DNA of 64,000 bases from Gemmatimonadales bacterium (GTDB lineage Bacteria; Gemmatimonadota; Gemmatimonadetes; Gemmatimonadales; GWC2-71-9). The position numbers and the translations under genes are program-made. Every line of letters starts with the position of its first letter. Within the stretch, counting starts at the first letter, position 1. The DNA lies in NCBI GenBank assembly GCA_038321865.1, contig JBBQFH010000001.1:96001-160000 (forward strand). Direction: 5' to 3'. The notes below the pieces were generated by a model, which saw nothing but the letters and a program-made list of their open reading frames with translations, searched no databases and was not told the origin of the DNA. Positions 1 through 10,164 of the stretch are shown here, in pieces.

Positions 1-14
1 TGGAGCCGCAAAAG

Positions 15-1233
<1,219 letters not shown>

Positions 1234-1241
<8 letters not shown>

Positions 1242-3177
1242 GCGGCTCGGCGGCCTCGCTGGCACGCTCCCAACGCGCGAAGGCGCGCTCCAGTCCGGCG
1301 CGCGCCGTCTCCAGATCAATGCCGACCCGGGTGGCCTCACGCGGCCCATCCGGCGTGGCGTAGAGCGCCGGATCCTCCAGTCGAATCCGCAGCGCTTCCA
1401 CCCGCGCCTCGGCCTCGGCCACCGCGGACTCGGCATCCGCGAGCTCGCGCCGGACGCTTCGCGCCGCCTGCTGCTCGTCCCTGCGGCGATCGTCCGCCGG
1501 CCGGGTCTGCTTCCGCTCGCGCACGCGCCGGGAAGACTCCTCCTCCGCCGCCGCGACCGACGCCGCATGGGCGCGCTCGACGCTCGCCGTCTCCCACTCT
1601 TCGAACGTACCCGGAAAGTCGGTGATATGACGATCGTGCAGCACCCACACCCGCGTGACCAGCGCACGGAGCAACGCGCGGTCGTGGCTGACGAGGACGA
1701 CGGTGCCGCCGTAATCCTCGAGCGCGTCCTCGAGCGCCTCGATCGACTCGACGTCCAGGTGATTGGTGGGCTCGTCGAACACCAGCAGGTTGGCGCCCTC
1801 GAGCATCATCATCGCGAGCGCCATGCGCGCCTGCTCTCCGCCGGAGAGCGACCCGGCGCGACGCAGAACCGAATCCCCGGAGAAGCCGAAGCGGCCCAGA
1901 TGTCCCTGCACCGGCCCGCGCCCCCAGGCCGGCCGCAGGTCACTGATGACCTCGTACAGGCTGGAGTCGGACGGAAGCTGCCCGAGATCCTGGCGGTAGT
2001 ACGCGATCCGGATCGACTCGGGAAGCCGCACCTCGCCGCCGTCGGCCGGGCGCTCCCCGACGAACGCCTTCAGCAGCGTGGACTTGCCGGTGCCGTTGGC
2101 GCCGACCAGCCCCACGATCTCCCCTCTTCCCACTCGAGCGCTGAACCCATCCAGCAACACGCGGTCGCCGAACGCGACGTGCACGTCTTCCGCCACGAGG
2201 ACCTGATCGCCGCCGCGCTCGGCTGCCTCGAACGCCACGGCCATCGTGCCATCGGCACCGGGCGGCGGACTCAGGCGGTCCACCCGGCTCAGCCGCCGCC
2301 GGCGCCCCTTTGCCTGACTGCTGTTGTGCCCGGCGATGTTGCGCCGGATGAAATCCTCCTCCGAGGCAATCACCTTCCGCTGCTTGTCGAAGGCGCGCTG
2401 CTGCGCCATCCGCCGCTCGGCGCGCTGTGCGATGAAGGCCGAGTATGCGCCCACATAGGGACTCGCCGTCTTGGCCTCCACGTGCAGCACATGGTCCACC
2501 ACGCGCTCGAGGAAGTCGCGATCGTGGCTGATCACGAGCACGGTCGCGTCGAGAGACTTGAGGTAGTCCTCGAGCCAGGTCGTCGTTTCGAGGTCCAGGT
2601 GGTTGGTGGGCTCGTCGAGCAGCAGGACGTCCGCCGGCGCGACGAGCTGGCGGATCAGGCCCACGCGCCCACGCTCACCGCCGCTGAGTGTGGTCAGCAG
2701 CCGGGTCCGGGCGTCCTCGGGATCGAACCCAAGCCCATGCAGCACCGCGTCGATGCGCGGGGTGATCGTGTACCCGCCCTCGTGCGAAAAGCGATCGAGA
2801 TCGTGTGAATACCGCGCGAGCATCTCCGGCGTGCAGGCATCGCCGGCCACACCGAGGGCGGTCGCCTGCTCCGCCAGCGACTGCTCCAGCGCCAGCAGCT
2901 CGGCGAAGGGGCCGGCGGCCGCCTCCCAGACGGTCAGCGCGTCGCCAAAATCGCGGTGCTGCTCCAGCACCGAGACCCGGGAGCCCGGCGCGCGCGCGAC
3001 CGTCCCGCGCGTCGGCTCCGACTCGCGAGTGATCAGGCGGAAGAGCGTCGTCTTGCCACTGCCGTTCCGCCCGATGATGCCCCAGCGCTCGCCTCGCGCC
3101 ACGGTGAACGTGACGTCGGACAGGAGAACGGTCGCACCGAACTCGACCGCCACTCCGGACATCGAAAGCTCCGTCAC
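1234..3177 (-). CDS. ABC-F family ATPase (Uup/YheS-like)
   Basis: Two ABC cassettes (GRNGSGKT, LSGGE, LLLDEPTNHLD; GANGTGKS, FDEPTNHLD), no TM segments, C-terminal coiled coil. Confidence 0.93.
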
Positions 3178-3178
3178 A

Positions 3179-3526
3179 TCATTTCCCCAGCCAGGTGCGC
3201 CACTCCGCCTCCGCTACGCCAATGGTAAGCCGCTGCTTCTGGCGCACCAGCGGCAGCCGAAGCAGCAGCGGCTCCTCCGCCAGCCGGTCCAGCCACCGGT
3301 CGTCGCTCAGCCGCGCGGCGCCCAGTCCAAGCTCGGCGAACCGCCGCGCGTCGCGGTCGAGCAGCGCCGCCACCCCGAACTTTTGCGCGAATCGGCGCAG
3401 CTCAGCCGGCGACGCAGGCCGTTCGTCGAGATCGACAAAGTGCGTCTTCACACGGCGCTCCGCGAAGAATCTCAGGGCCTTCCGGGTCTCCGAGCTCTTT
3501 TTCGTGCCGAAGATCTGGACGTCCAT
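3179..3526 (-). CDS. ArsC/Spx/YffB-family protein, cysteine-free
   Basis: IFGTKKSSETRKA...PLLLRLPLV...IG pattern typical of the ArsC-like family. Confidence 0.8.
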   Translation of the reverse strand: MDVQIFGTKKSSETRKALRFFAERRVKTHFVDLDERPASPAELRRFAQKFGVAALLDRDARRFAELGLGAARLSDDRWLDRLAEEPLLLRLPLVRQKQRLTIGVAEAEWRTWLGK

Positions 3527-3535
3527 CGCGACAAT

Positions 3536-4345
3536 CTAGCGCAGCGTGGAGGGGACGACCGCGTCGCCGATGTGCACCGTGCCCCGCGTGAGGTGCACCG
3601 CGTTCTGCCCGAAGAGCGCACCCCCGGCGCCGCGGCGGTAGCCCGCCAGCGTCCGGAGCGGTTCGCTGCCGGTGCCGGCGGTCTCCTGGTCGATCGTCGT
3701 GACGACGCAGCGGGCACATGCCTTTGCCAGCGCCAGCCGTTCGGACCCGATCACGACGGTGTGCCAGGTGTCCTCGGCGTACGGCGGCACGCCCGCGACC
3801 ACCAGGTTCGGGCGGAACCGGGTCATGGGGACCGCGACGGCCAGTCGGGCGTTCAGATCGGACAGCGAAGCTTCGGAGAGGATCAGAAATGGAAAGGCGT
3901 CGGCGAAGCTGACGCGTCCGCCCGGCTCAGCGCGGGACGGCTCGATCGGCCGCCGCGACTCCTCCGGCATCCGGACGAGGTGAAGTGGCGCGCCGAGCAA
4001 AGTGGTCCACCAGCGGTTGGCTTCGGGGCCGCAGGGCTCCGCGATCACCTCATCCCGCCAGACGGTCACGGGGAGGCGGCGTGGATCGCCGCCGGTGACA
4101 GGGACCTCCAGTGGTGAAACGCCGGGTGCGTCGAGGCGCAGCATCGCGGCGGTCAGCGTCGGACGAACCAGCGCCAGCCGCGGATAGTCGCGCTGGGTGA
4201 TCACCCGGCCGCCGGCATCCACCACGGCCCAGCGGCGATCGTGCTGCAGGCCGAACTCATCGAGGTCCCACGCCTGCGGCCGGATCGCCCCCGCACCCTT
4301 CACCGGGTACACGAACAGCCCGGCGAGACGCGCGTCGCCGGTCAA
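3536..4345 (-). CDS. MOSC domain protein (YcbX/mARC-like)
   Basis: VYPVKG, HDRRWAVV, FADAFPFL, RFRPNLVV, CARCVVTT, FGQN. Confidence 0.92.
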   Translation of the reverse strand: MTGDARLAGLFVYPVKGAGAIRPQAWDLDEFGLQHDRRWAVVDAGGRVITQRDYPRLALVRPTLTAAMLRLDAPGVSPLEVPVTGGDPRRLPVTVWRDEVIAEPCGPEANRWWTTLLGAPLHLVRMPEESRRPIEPSRAEPGGRVSFADAFPFLILSEASLSDLNARLAVAVPMTRFRPNLVVAGVPPYAEDTWHTVVIGSERLALAKACARCVVTTIDQETAGTGSEPLRTLAGYRRGAGGALFGQNAVHLTRGTVHIGDAVVPSTLR

Positions 4346-5715
4346 GCCGCGCCTGGCCTCCGGGGTCCGCCGCCGCGTCGTCCCTGTCCCGCGGGCGAAC
4401 CGGGACGCCCGGCGGGCGGCCTCCCACCCGCCGGGCGCGCGGGATGGGCCGGTCGGCTCGCGGGCTGCGAGCTCCCGTGCCCCGCCTTCCGTTCTGCCTT
4501 GGCCTTCGCGCGGGCCCGCTCCTCCGCCTTGCGCGCGCGGATGGCCGCGATGCGTTCACCGATCGGGACCTCGAAACGCTCCTGCGGCCGCTGGCGGTAG
4601 TCGAACTCCGGCACGGTCACACGCGGCAGCCGCTTTCCGATGGCTCGTTCGATCGCGCGGAGCTCGCCTTCCTCCTCCGGTGAGACGAACGTGAACGCGT
4701 CCCCGGTCGCTTCGGCGCGGGCGGTGCGGCCGACGCGATGGATGTAGTCCTCGGGGACGTTGGGCACGTCGAAATTCACCACGTGACCCAGCTCCTCGAT
4801 ATCGATTCCCCGGGCGACGATGTCCGTCGCGACCAGCACCTGCACCTTGCCGCTCTTGAATCCCGCCAGCGCCTCGGTGCGCTGGGCCTGCGAGCGGTTG
4901 CCGTGCATGCGGGCGTTCGGGATGCCGTGACGGTCGAGAAAGTCGGAAAGCCGGTTCGAGCGGTGCTTCGTGCGCGTGAATACGATCGCGTCCTTCACTT
5001 CCCCGCGCTTGAGCAGCTCCAGCAGCAGATGCGACTTGAGATCCTGGGCGACGGGATAAATCGCCTGGGTGATTCCGATCGCCGGCGCCGCCTTCCGCTC
5101 CAGATTGATCGTGGCGGGATTCCGGAGCATCTCACGCGTCAGCTCGAGGATCGGTGCCGGCATGGTCGCTGAGAAGAACAGCGTCTGGCGTTTCGCCGGC
5201 AGGTGCTTGAGCACGCGCCGGATGTCAGGCAGAAACCCCATGTCGAGCATGCGGTCGGCTTCATCGAGCACCAGAATCTCCAGCCCTTCGAGTTTCGCGT
5301 ACGGCTGGCGCAAATGGTCGAGCAGACGGCCCGGTGTCGCAATCAGGACGTCGACTCCGCTGCGGAACGCGTGCTCCTGCGGGCCCATGCCGACGCCGCC
5401 GAAGATCGCGGCACCGGAGAGCGGCGTGTGGACCGCGAGCTCGGAGAGGTGCTGGGCGATCTGGGCCGCGAGTTCGCGGGTCGGGGTCAACACCAGCGCG
5501 CGCGTCGTTCCGCGCTTCCTGGCCATCAGCCGCTGCAGGATCGGCAGCACGAACGCCGCGGTCTTGCCGCTGCCGGTCATCGCGCAGGCGAGAATGTCTC
5601 TCCCTTCGAGCGCGGGCGGCATCGCCTGCTCCTGGATCGGCGTCGGGCGGGTGAAGCCAAGCTCGCGCGTACCGCGAACCAGATCAGGATGAAGGCCGAA
5701 CGTGGAAAACGGCAT
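4342..5715 (-). CDS. rhlE: DEAD-box RNA helicase (RhlE-like)
   Basis: Q motif PTPIQ, TGSGKT, PTRELA, DEAD, SAT, HRVGRTAR; basic C-terminal tail. Start ATG 5715. Confidence 0.9.
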   Translation of the reverse strand: MPFSTFGLHPDLVRGTRELGFTRPTPIQEQAMPPALEGRDILACAMTGSGKTAAFVLPILQRLMARKRGTTRALVLTPTRELAAQIAQHLSELAVHTPLSGAAIFGGVGMGPQEHAFRSGVDVLIATPGRLLDHLRQPYAKLEGLEILVLDEADRMLDMGFLPDIRRVLKHLPAKRQTLFFSATMPAPILELTREMLRNPATINLERKAAPAIGITQAIYPVAQDLKSHLLLELLKRGEVKDAIVFTRTKHRSNRLSDFLDRHGIPNARMHGNRSQAQRTEALAGFKSGKVQVLVATDIVARGIDIEELGHVVNFDVPNVPEDYIHRVGRTARAEATGDAFTFVSPEEEGELRAIERAIGKRLPRVTVPEFDYRQRPQERFEVPIGERIAAIRARKAEERARAKAKAERKAGHGSSQPASRPAHPARPAGGRPPAGRPGSPAGQGRRGGGPRRPGAA

Positions 5716-5761
5716 GCGGTGGTCGGAGCCTCGGCTGTGAGCTGATCGCGGTGCTGCGTGA

Positions 5762-5844
5762 TGCCCGAGACGAGAGTCGAACTCGTACGGGGTCGCCCCC
5801 GGCGGATTTTGAGTCCGCTGCGTCTGCCATTCCGCCACTCGGGC
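5762..5844 (-). tRNA. tRNA-Leu (CAA)
   Basis: Acceptor stem GCCCGAG/CTCGGGC, anticodon arm GCGGA-CTCAAAA-TCCGC, long variable arm, T arm ACGAG-TTCGACT-CTCGT, discriminator A. CCA not encoded. Confidence 0.96.
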
Positions 5845-5857
5845 CCGGCGAGGCGTA

Positions 5858-5886
5858 AACCTACCGGCGGGGCGGGACGGAAACAA
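5858..5886 (-). promoter_or_regulatory. sigma70-type promoter for tRNA-Leu
   Basis: TTGTTT-N17-TAGGTT ending 13 nt before the tRNA 5' end. Confidence 0.6.
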
Positions 5887-5961
5887 CTCGATTGCAGCCG
5901 ATTAGGTTTCCGCTGCGCGCGCCGGCGGTCGGTGCGCCATTCCGCCATTCTCGAGGCCCCC

Positions 5962-6516
5962 GTGGCAGCTTCCTCCCGCTTCTTCCATCCGTGGCACGAC
6001 CTGCCCACCGGGCGCGACGTGCCTGAGGTCGTGACCGCCGTCATCGAGATCCCGACCAACGAGCGCAACAAGTACGAACTCGACAAGGAGAGCGGCATGT
6101 TTCGCCTCGACCGCGTGCTGCACAGCGCGGTGCATTACCCCGGTGATTACGGCTTTCTCCCCCGCACCCTCGGCGACGACGGCGATCCGCTCGACGTCCT
6201 CGTCCTGATGACGATCCCGGTGTTCACGGGTTGCCTCGTGGATGCGCGCCCGATCGGCCTGTTTCACCTGGTCGATCACGGCCAGGCCGACGAAAAGGTC
6301 CTGGCGGTCCCGGTCGGCGATCCCTATTCGGAGGGCCTGCACGACCTGGGCGATATCTCCCCGCATTATGTCCGGGAGATCGAGCACTTCTTTCAGGTTT
6401 ACAAGGATCTCGAGGGCAAGGATACGCAGACGCAGGGATTCGAAGGCGCAGAGGCCGCCAAGCGTGCGATCGAGCGGAGCATGGTCATGTACAAGGAAAA
6501 GTTCGGGACCGCCTGA
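5962..6516 (+). CDS. ppa: Inorganic pyrophosphatase (family I)
   Basis: NKYELDK, YPGDYGF, DDGDPLDVLV, DEKVLAV, FFQVYKDLE. Start GTG 5962. Confidence 0.95.
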   Translation: MAASSRFFHPWHDLPTGRDVPEVVTAVIEIPTNERNKYELDKESGMFRLDRVLHSAVHYPGDYGFLPRTLGDDGDPLDVLVLMTIPVFTGCLVDARPIGLFHLVDHGQADEKVLAVPVGDPYSEGLHDLGDISPHYVREIEHFFQVYKDLEGKDTQTQGFEGAEAAKRAIERSMVMYKEKFGTA

Positions 6517-6528
6517 GCGGTCCCGAAC
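6493..6528 (-). terminator. Intrinsic terminator for the ECF operon (hairpin spans the ppa stop)
   Basis: 12-bp stem GTTCGGGACCGC/GCGGTCCCGAAC (6501-6528) followed by TTTTCCTT on the minus strand. Confidence 0.7.
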
Positions 6529-6540
6529 CCATCCGGAGCG

Positions 6541-7071
6541 TCACGGGCGCCGTCGCTGCCTGAGCGGAGCTGGTGCGGCATCGCCGGTGATCTGCAGCCG
6601 CCGCTGCGCGCGGATCTCCTGGGCCAGCGTCAGCAGCCGCTCCCGCAGCATGAAGAACTGGGCGCGCTGCACCGGGTTCAGAAACCCCGCAAGCGCGTGC
6701 ATCTCGTCGCGGTAGGTCTGGACGTAGGCGCCCTTCACGTTGATCAACGCATCAGTCAGCCTTGACACGCTGTCCGGATTGGCGGCGATCCCCGGCCGGA
6801 GCTGGAACGCCATCGCCTGGCGCAGCCGACGCTCCTGCTCCTCCACGCCGCGGCGCTGCTCGCCGAACTGGCCCGCCGTCGCACGCAGGCGCTGCAGCTG
6901 CTCGTCCGTCAGGCCAAGCTCCTCCTTGGCTCTGGCCGCGAGGCGGTCTTCGATCTGCAGCCTGAGCTGTTCGGCCCGCTGCGGGTTCAGTCCATCGGCC
7001 CCGGGGTCCTGCGCCGACGCCCGCGAGGCAGCTCCCAGCACCAGCGCCACGGCCAGCAGCAGACGTCGCAT
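6541..7071 (-). CDS. Periplasmic helical protein, Spy/CpxP-like
   Basis: Signal peptide MRRLLLAVAL..ASAQ; LGLTDEQ and LNPVQR (LTXXQ-like) motifs; downstream of ECF/anti-sigma genes. Confidence 0.7.
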   Translation of the reverse strand: MRRLLLAVALVLGAASRASAQDPGADGLNPQRAEQLRLQIEDRLAARAKEELGLTDEQLQRLRATAGQFGEQRRGVEEQERRLRQAMAFQLRPGIAANPDSVSRLTDALINVKGAYVQTYRDEMHALAGFLNPVQRAQFFMLRERLLTLAQEIRAQRRLQITGDAAPAPLRQRRRP

Positions 7072-7586
7072 CAGACTCCCCCCGCGCGCAATACGCGCTC
7101 CAGTTCGTGATCGCTCAGGTCGCCGAGAGTCGGGGCGGCCACCGAGCTCCGCTCCGACAGTGGTCCATCGAACGCTTCCAGCACATCCGTGAGCTCGCCG
7201 GCGCTCAGCCGATCGAGTTCCGGTACCAGCAGCGCTGACTGCGCGGCCGCCGGCGCAACGCGACGGTCCGTCTGGTCCGGAGCACGCCCGGTCCAAACCA
7301 CCAGCGCGATTGCCGCCGCTGCGAGCAGCGTCGCCACGGCGGCGGCACCGGAGCCCGGCCTTGGGGCAGGCTCCGAACGCAGCCGGGCCATGACGCGGGC
7401 GCTGACGCGATCGGCGTCGAGCGCCGTACTGGCGCCCGTGCCGAGCGTCGACGCCGTCTGCACCAGCGCCCACTCCGCCCGGCAGTCGGGACACGCCTCG
7501 AGGTGAGCGAGTTCCTCGCCCGACCACTCGCTGCGCCCGGCCGCAACCGTCGGCATCCGATCGGAAAGGCCCGCACACTGGGTCAT
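7071..7586 (-). CDS. Zinc-finger (ZAS-type) anti-sigma factor, one TM helix
   Basis: HLEACPDC (HxxxCxxC), single TM helix, coupled to the ECF sigma gene. Confidence 0.8.
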   Translation of the reverse strand: MTQCAGLSDRMPTVAAGRSEWSGEELAHLEACPDCRAEWALVQTASTLGTGASTALDADRVSARVMARLRSEPAPRPGSGAAAVATLLAAAAIALVVWTGRAPDQTDRRVAPAAAQSALLVPELDRLSAGELTDVLEAFDGPLSERSSVAAPTLGDLSDHELERVLRAGGV

Positions 7587-8131
7587 TGCATCAGCTCCTT
7601 GAGCTTCCTGACGGCATGATGGTAGTGCACCCGCGCCGCGCCCGGCGTGGTGCCGAGTGCGCTGGCGATTTCGGCGTATTCGGTTCCCCCCTGCACCCGC
7701 AGCAGAAAGACCTCGCGCTGCAGCCTCGGCAACCGTGCCAGCCCGTTCCGCATCCGTTCGTGCGCATCCGACGCTGCCAGATCACCCTCCGGATCGGCGT
7801 GGTCCGCGATATCACGATCTTCGATCGACAGGATCACCCTGCCCTTCCGGCGCCGATAGTCGTCCCTTAGGAGATTGCCGGCGATCGTGAACAGCCAGCT
7901 CCGGAAGGAAGCATCACCCCGCCACCCATCGAGTTTCCGGAAGGCCCGGAAGAACGTCTCCTGCACGAAGTCATCGATATCGCTGCGCCCGGCTCCGGCG
8001 CTGTAGAGAAACCTGGCCAGCGCCGCCCCATGCCGGGTGACGAGCTGCCGGGCGGCACGCTCGTCGCCAGCGCGATAGGCGCCGATCAGGAAGGCATCCG
8101 TTGGCTGCCCGGTCTCGGTCATCGCGCTCAT
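7583..8131 (-). CDS. ECF RNA polymerase sigma factor
   Basis: DDFVQETF, FRSWLFTIAGN (region 2); LPRLQREVFLL..YAEIA..LG (region 4). Confidence 0.93.
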   Translation of the reverse strand: MSAMTETGQPTDAFLIGAYRAGDERAARQLVTRHGAALARFLYSAGAGRSDIDDFVQETFFRAFRKLDGWRGDASFRSWLFTIAGNLLRDDYRRRKGRVILSIEDRDIADHADPEGDLAASDAHERMRNGLARLPRLQREVFLLRVQGGTEYAEIASALGTTPGAARVHYHHAVRKLKELMQ

Positions 8132-8140
8132 TCGGTGTGC

Positions 8141-8166
8141 AGACGACTCCGCGGCCGGCGCGTTAA
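8141..8166 (-). promoter_or_regulatory. Putative ECF-type autoregulatory promoter
   Basis: TAAC-N16-CGTC about 10 nt upstream of the sigma start. Confidence 0.5.
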
Positions 8167-8243
8167 GCGGCGTGTTCCCCGGTGCAGGACCGGCTATAAT
8201 GCGCATTGAAGCGCTGTTCGGCCACCCGAGCCCCGGAACGCGC

Positions 8244-8927
8244 ATGCCGAATCCGCGAATCATCGCTCATCGAGGGGCGTCCGGCCACGACTACCAGAAC
8301 TCGCCGGCGGCGTTTTGCCGGGCCGTTGCGCTCAACGCCGACGGGATCGAGCTGGATGTCCACGGGACCGCCGACGGCGTGCTCGTGGTGCATCACGACT
8401 CGGTCCTGCCCGGGCTCGGCCCGATCGCGACGCTGCCGGCCGAACGCGTCCTCGGCTACCTCCTGCCGAACGGGGAAGCGCTCCCATCGCTCGCGGCCGC
8501 GCTCGAGCTGATCGGTGCGCTGGATGTATGGATCGAAGTGAAGGCGCTGGACCCGGCCCACGATGTCAAGCTGCTGCGTGTGCTGGATGAGGGTCCCGCC
8601 CCCACGCGCTACGCCGTCCACAGCTTCGATCACCGTCTCATCTCCCGCCTCGGCGGCCGGCGTCCTTCGCTGGTACGGGGGGCCCTGCTCGCATCGTACA
8701 GTCTCGATCCGCTGGCGCTGCTCGACTCGCTCGGCGCGGCGGTGCTCTGGCAGCAGTGGGACCTGATCGACGACGGGTTGGTGGACCGCCTGCACCGGGA
8801 GGGTCGGCGGATCGTCGCATGGACGGTGGACGAGCCGGTAGAGATCCGGCGGCTGGCCGCGCTGGGCGTGGACGGCATCTGCGCCAATCTGCCGGACCAG
8901 GCCCGTGCGGCGCTAACCGGCCCCTGA
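8244..8927 (+). CDS. Glycerophosphodiester phosphodiesterase
   Basis: IIAHRG, IELDVH, VVHHD, IEVK, AWTVD, GVDGI. TATAAT upstream at 8195-8200. Confidence 0.9.
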   Translation: MPNPRIIAHRGASGHDYQNSPAAFCRAVALNADGIELDVHGTADGVLVVHHDSVLPGLGPIATLPAERVLGYLLPNGEALPSLAAALELIGALDVWIEVKALDPAHDVKLLRVLDEGPAPTRYAVHSFDHRLISRLGGRRPSLVRGALLASYSLDPLALLDSLGAAVLWQQWDLIDDGLVDRLHREGRRIVAWTVDEPVEIRRLAALGVDGICANLPDQARAALTGP

Positions 8928-8934
8928 ACGTCAA

Positions 8935-8962
8935 GGCGCCCGGCAAACTGTTGCCGGGCGCC
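8935..8962. terminator. Hairpin between convergent genes
   Basis: GGCGCCCGGCAA-ACTG-TTGCCGGGCGCC. Confidence 0.6.
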
Positions 8963-8970
8963 CGTCTGCT

Positions 8971-9324
8971 CTACTCCGCCGGTCCCGATTGGGCCGTCGC
9001 CGGTTCGGCCGGCGAGGAAGGCGAAGGGTCCGCCTCTGCCGCTGCAGCCCCGGCACCCCGTGCTGCCGCCGCCTCCTGCTCGAACCTCGTGATCTGCCCT
9101 TCAAGGTCATCCAGGCGGAGCATCAGCGCGTCGATGCGCGCCGGCTCGGCCGCACCCGATCGTTCGCGACGGTAGACGAGGAGGCCGAGGTCTCGGGCCA
9201 CCACGTCGCGCTGGCGCTTGACGCGCACGAGCTCGATCTGGGACTTGCCTTCATCCAGGGCGGACTGCGCCCGCTTGCCGAACGCCTCCAGCTCCTGGTT
9301 CAGTCGATCGAACAGTGTTGACAT
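8971..9324 (-). CDS. Hypothetical coiled-coil protein
   Basis: AAGGAG SD before ATG 9324; helical composition; own promoter TTGATT-N17-CAGATT (9429-9401). Confidence 0.75.
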   Translation of the reverse strand: MSTLFDRLNQELEAFGKRAQSALDEGKSQIELVRVKRQRDVVARDLGLLVYRRERSGAAEPARIDALMLRLDDLEGQITRFEQEAAAARGAGAAAAEADPSPSSPAEPATAQSGPAE

Positions 9325-9436
9325 CGCACAGACTCCTTCTCGAGGGAACGGTCGGGGACGGCTTCCTGACGAGCGCAGGGTCCCTGACGTTTCACCCTGC
9401 AATCTGACCGGCCTCGGTGGAGGAATCAACTCCCCG

Positions 9437-9470
9437 AAATACAAGAGGCGCCGGGAACACCCGGCGCCTC
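9437..9470 (-). terminator. Intrinsic terminator after rpmA
   Basis: GAGGCGCCGGG-TGTT-CCCGGCGCCTC followed by TTGTATTT. Confidence 0.75.
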
Positions 9471-9492
9471 GATTACTTGAACCCCCGGGGTG

Positions 9493-9765
9493 TCAGCTGG
9501 CGGCGGCGGCGGCTGGCGGATAGACGGACACCTTCTGCCGGGTCTTGTCCTTGTGCTCGAACTTCACGACGCCGTCGACAAGCGCAAAGAGCGTGTCGTC
9601 ATTGGCCCGGCGAACGTTTTTCCCGGCATGAAATTTCGTTCCGCGCTGGCGCACGATGATGTTGCCCGCGATTACGACCTCGCCGCCGAACTTCTTGACG
9701 CCGAGGAACTGCGGATTGCTGTTGCGCCCGTTGCGGCTGGAGCCGACGCCCTTTTTATGTGCCAT
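9493..9765 (-). CDS. rpmA: 50S ribosomal protein L27
   Basis: [35 protein letters not shown]. Confidence 0.98.
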   Translation of the reverse strand: MAHKKGVGSSRNGRNSNPQFLGVKKFGGEVVIAGNIIVRQRGTKFHAGKNVRRANDDTLFALVDGVVKFEHKDKTRQKVSVYPPAAAAAS

Positions 9766-9772
9766 GGTTCCC

Positions 9773-10087
9773 TCAACCGACCGTGACGTCGGTAATGCGG
9801 ACTTCGGTAAACTTCTGACGATGGCCGGTCTTTCGGCGATAGTTCTTGCGACGCTTGAACTTGAAGACGTAGATCTTCTTTTCCTTGCCGTCGCCCACCA
9901 CCTCGGCCTGGACCGAGGCGCCCGCCACCAGCGGCGCACCCGCGCGGATGGTCGTACCATCGGAGGACAGCAGCACTTCGTCGAAGGTGATCTTGGCGCC
10001 GGGATCCGCGTGCATCAGCGGAAGCCGGAGCGTCGCACCCTTCTCCGCCCGGAACTGCTTGCCCAACGCGCGAAAGATTGCGTACAT
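9773..10087 (-). CDS. rplU: 50S ribosomal protein L21
   Basis: [26 protein letters not shown]. Confidence 0.98.
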   Translation of the reverse strand: MYAIFRALGKQFRAEKGATLRLPLMHADPGAKITFDEVLLSSDGTTIRAGAPLVAGASVQAEVVGDGKEKKIYVFKFKRRKNYRRKTGHRQKFTEVRITDVTVG

Positions 10088-10127
10088 GGTGATCCGTAGC
10101 CTGAGTGAGTCTGAACGTCAGCCCTCA

Positions 10128-10156
10128 AACCTAAACAGCGGCATGCCTTAGAGCAA
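10128..10156 (-). promoter_or_regulatory. sigma70 promoter of rplU-rpmA
   Basis: TTGCTC-N17-TAGGTT. Confidence 0.65.
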
Positions 10157-10164
10157 GGGCGGCG

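Noticed and set aside
5762..5844. tRNA as an integration site for an island or prophage
   Set aside because: No integrase, no duplicated tRNA 3' end noticed, no compositional shift; flanking genes are housekeeping.
5716..5886. N-terminal extension of the helicase ORF
   Set aside because: It is the translated tRNA-Leu gene and its promoter.
9493..10087. Missing Prp protease gene between rplU and rpmA
   Set aside because: L27 starts MAHKK with no N-terminal extension, so Prp is not needed; ordinary arrangement.
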